This document shows positions 60,623-64,000 of a DNA stretch of 64,000 nt, one piece after another. Position numbers and translations under genes: made by a program. Within the stretch, counting starts at the first letter, position 1. Every line of letters begins with the position of its first letter. The DNA comes from Paraspadella gotoi. Its lineage: Eukaryota > Animalia > Chaetognatha. The notes beneath the pieces were generated by a model. That model was not told the DNA's origin. It was given only the letters and a program-made list of their open reading frames with translations, and did not search any database. Location: contig CM119263.1 in the NCBI GenBank assembly GCA_051294375.1, forward strand, positions 12,005,130 through 12,069,129. Direction: 5' to 3'.

Positions 60623-63600
60623 TACTATCTAGGAAAAAAGTATATAACATTTCTAATAAAGGATATCTATTTAAAAACTTGTTTGATTTAAAAAAAATCA
60701 GAATGTTTCCGGATCTACATTAAATTTCCTTTCAGTAGCTTCCTTTCATTTTTTTGTTCGGTCAAATCGTTTAGAAGTTACAGGACAAAAAATTTTGTTA
60801 CTTCAAATGAAAAATGGCGAAAAAAATCATATTTAGTTTTCCTCCATTTTTGGTATTTACTCTGTGTCCGTTCGCGAGTGACACCAAAAAAATCTGTTAC
60901 ATAATACTTTGAAATATTAAATAAACATAATTCATAAGTATATCTTTAGTTGGAGAACTACTTAGCGTTTTTATATATAAATTCATTTCGTGTTCAATTT
61001 ATTTACTACTTTGTTTAATTTTTTATCTAACACAGTAAAATTAGCTAAAAAGACCTTTTAAGACGTTTCTTGATTGAATATTTTTAGAAAATTTATATCA
61101 CAAGAAATCCCTATTAATGGTCTAATCAATGGTGTATCCGATTATCATAATTACGGCCAAACTTTGTCAATGGGTGGGTCAGAATTTTGATTTGGGAACC
61201 TTTCCAAATGAAACTTCATAGCATTCTGAGAAAACTTTCAATGGATCAATTTTTTGTAAAATGGCTATAAGCACTAGTAATTAATTCTTAAATGTTTATT
61301 TATAGATAGGAAATGTCAAATTTTTCAGATAGCTTCTAAAAAGCTATCTACACAAAGTATAATTCTTTTTTCAATATTTTGATGATAACTGGGTCAAAAT
61401 TGGGAAAAACCTTAAAAAATCATCATCATCATCCGATGATTTTAGCAGTTTTTACTAAGTTTTAGTAATAAAACATCAAAATTTAAAAAAGTTGTTATTA
61501 TATCTTTTGCTTAACTTTTTAAGCTCTATCAGAATCAATTAAAAAAACTTAAAATATACCAAAAAATTGTTTAACATTATATAGCAATATAATTATATTA
61601 ATTAGCAAATTACTCATGGTTCGGAACATTTTTGCAAAAAAATATTTTATTATAATACTTAATACCAATAATTTTTGTTTTCTGAAATAAAAGAGACAAT
61701 TTGACAATTAAGACAATAAGAAGATTAAACGATTTGAAACAATATGACATTTCAACAATAAATGGATTAGTTTATTGGCGTTCCCATTAAAATTTGAATT
61801 TGGTCGGCAACCGCTATCGTAATGTTGAATAATTTTTATCGATATATATTGATTCAGGTCAGCTTCTTTGTGTCGTCGTCGTCGTCGGCGTCACGCTGTT
61901 TTCATGTAAAAACTATTACGATTTTATAGGTTTGGCTGGGACTTACCTTTTTTTTTAAATAAAAATTATTATGATAAAGTTTTACAAAAGTGTGCGATCA
62001 TAGTAAGTTAAAAATTTAGATATGGCTTTTCATCTTGAAATAGCTTTGATGTATTCTTATTACATTTGGATTTAAGTATTTTTTGTTTGAATTTCCACTT
62101 CATTATGATTTACTGCAATATGCAAATGAGATTATACTACTCATTATAATATCCAAATTAGTATATAGAAATGCTTTAATCTAATTTACATATTGCAGTA
62201 TATAATATTGAAGATGAAATTCAAAAAAATTTTATAAATCTATAATAAAAATGGGAAATCAAAGGAACTTTTTAATAAGAAGCTATATCTCAATTTTAAT
62301 AAAAATAAAATCTTTTACAAGCTATGATTAGAAAAAATTGTAACAATTTCAAATTGTAAACAATTATAACATTTTTTTTCCTTTCTTTTATTTCTTTAAA
62401 TTATATATGTATTTTTCTTCCTATTTTTGTCAGTTGCTGCCTTTTTTCTTTTTTTTTGCCTTTTCTGAACCCTTTAAAAACGAATTCAGGCTCTGCAGTG
62501 ATTGTACAACTGCCTTCCAGCGGCTGTCCAGCTTTCTCTTTTTCTCTCTCTGTCTCTGTCTGTCTCTTTCTTTCTCTTTCTGTCTCTCTCTGTCTCTCTG
62601 GCTCTCTCTGTACGATCTCTTGCGTGATCGTTTTTTGAAAAATTTTGATTATTTTTTTCCATTTAAAAACTTTTATTATCGCCATTTATTCTGCGCTTTT
62701 TTCTCAATGCAAAATCCCAAATTTACATCCGAGATTTTCGTGGATTTATTCACTTTTTCTCTCTCTCTTTCTATCGTGGATTCATTCACTTTCTTTCTCT
62801 CTTTCTCTCTCTCTTTCACTCATACACGCATTTGTTTGTTTTATTTATGATGAATGATCCATTGCGTCAATGAATGACTATCATCGCATCAATGAATGAC
62901 TATCATCGTATCAATGAATGATTATAATCACATCAATGAATGACTATCATCGCATCAATCATTTGGTTATTATCACATCAATCATTTGGTTATCATCACA
63001 TCGATCATTTGGTTATCATCGCATCAATTATTGGTTATCATCGCATCAATATTTGATTATCATCGCATCAATCCTTTGGTTATCATCGCATCAATATTTG
63101 GTTATCACTGAAGGTAGGCGAGATCCTATTCTTTTAAGATTTTTTCAATTGTAAATCTTAAGTTTTCTTTATATAATTCGTTCAATTAGAAAAAATGCTG
63201 TCCTGAGCATATTCTTGACTTTTTTGAATTATTATTTTATATCGTAAGGATTCCCAGATAATTCCCAATTTAATGATGTAAATGAATTTTAATAATTTTA
63301 AGTATTCAATGAGTAATTAATTTATAATGATTTTCTTTTTTAAAAAGATTCAGTTTTTTACTGAAGATGAAATTTGATGACCATTAAAGAAAAGTTGTTT
63401 TACATAAGTAAATATCAAATTAATCTTATGAAATTAAAATATAATAAACGTCCAGGACTTTGCTACAGAATAAGAAAAAAAATTTAAAAAATATTTTTCC
63501 AATGAGAAATGGTACGCATCTTTTTGGTGTCACTCGCGAACGGACTCGGGGTAGTTATTTGTTTTTATTTCGAATAAAGTTAGTTATTTTTTTTTTTTTT

Positions 63601-63897
63601 AATTTGGCAATGCTAAAGGCCTTGCACCTCTTTTTGGTTCAAAAAAGTGCTATTATATCTTTTAGAAAAGAGGGAAAGACATGCAACATCAACATCGGGT
63701 CTGAAAAGAATTGCGTTTATGTGGAAAAACAAAAACACATCATACCTTAATTTGATGTATGAGAGCATGCCCAGACGAATGCAGGCAGTAATTGATGCCA
63801 AGGAATGGCATACCAAATATTGAGAATGTTTTACCCATGTTTTGTATACATTTTATTGAATGAATGAATTAAGTTATATACTTTTTCCTAAATAGTA
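60623..63897 (+). mobile_element. Tc1 transposon remnant with nested MITE (60860-63551)
   Basis: TIR TACTAT(C/T)TAGGAAAAA(A)GTATATAAC at both ends; transposase C-terminus MYESMPRRMQAVIDAKEWHTKY* at 63755-63823; inner TIR GTCCGTTCGCGAGTGACACC. Confidence 0.72.
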
Positions 63898-64000
63898 GTA
63901 GTTGGAATGACATGTCACGTATGAACCTTAGATCGATTTAATTAACTGAAAAGACCCATTCGGGAAACTACTTGGAACCATCAATGGAGACCTTCGTACA

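Overview
AT-rich, intron-containing eukaryotic (most likely invertebrate metazoan) DNA dominated by nested transposable elements, with two N-gaps (4868-5134, 31648-31747). Host genes, all on +: the last three exons of SLU7 (11226-12371), the first four exons of an SHCBP1/Nessun dorma homolog (15884-18772) and seven exons of an ABCA-type transporter (35386-60545). Mobile DNA: a CsRn1/Kabuki-like Ty3/Gypsy element with a tRNA-Trp PBS (516-5661); a second, 11.4-kb Gypsy element with a -1 frameshift signal and a large unexplained extra coding region (18980-30362); Penelope-like fragments carrying minimal hammerhead ribozymes; hAT-, Tc1- and Sola-like DNA elements; DINE/HINE-like repeats; and an interstitial TTAGGG-rich array. 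The most notable signal is three or four distinct families of miniature non-coding LTR elements (TRIMs). Each carries a tRNA-like Pol III cassette (A box, B box, paired acceptor stem) inside its LTR. Three families have a tRNA-Trp PBS like the autonomous Gypsy at 516 and make 4-bp TSDs (Helenus/Cassandra-like). All calls are by eye; many indels may be sequencing errors.
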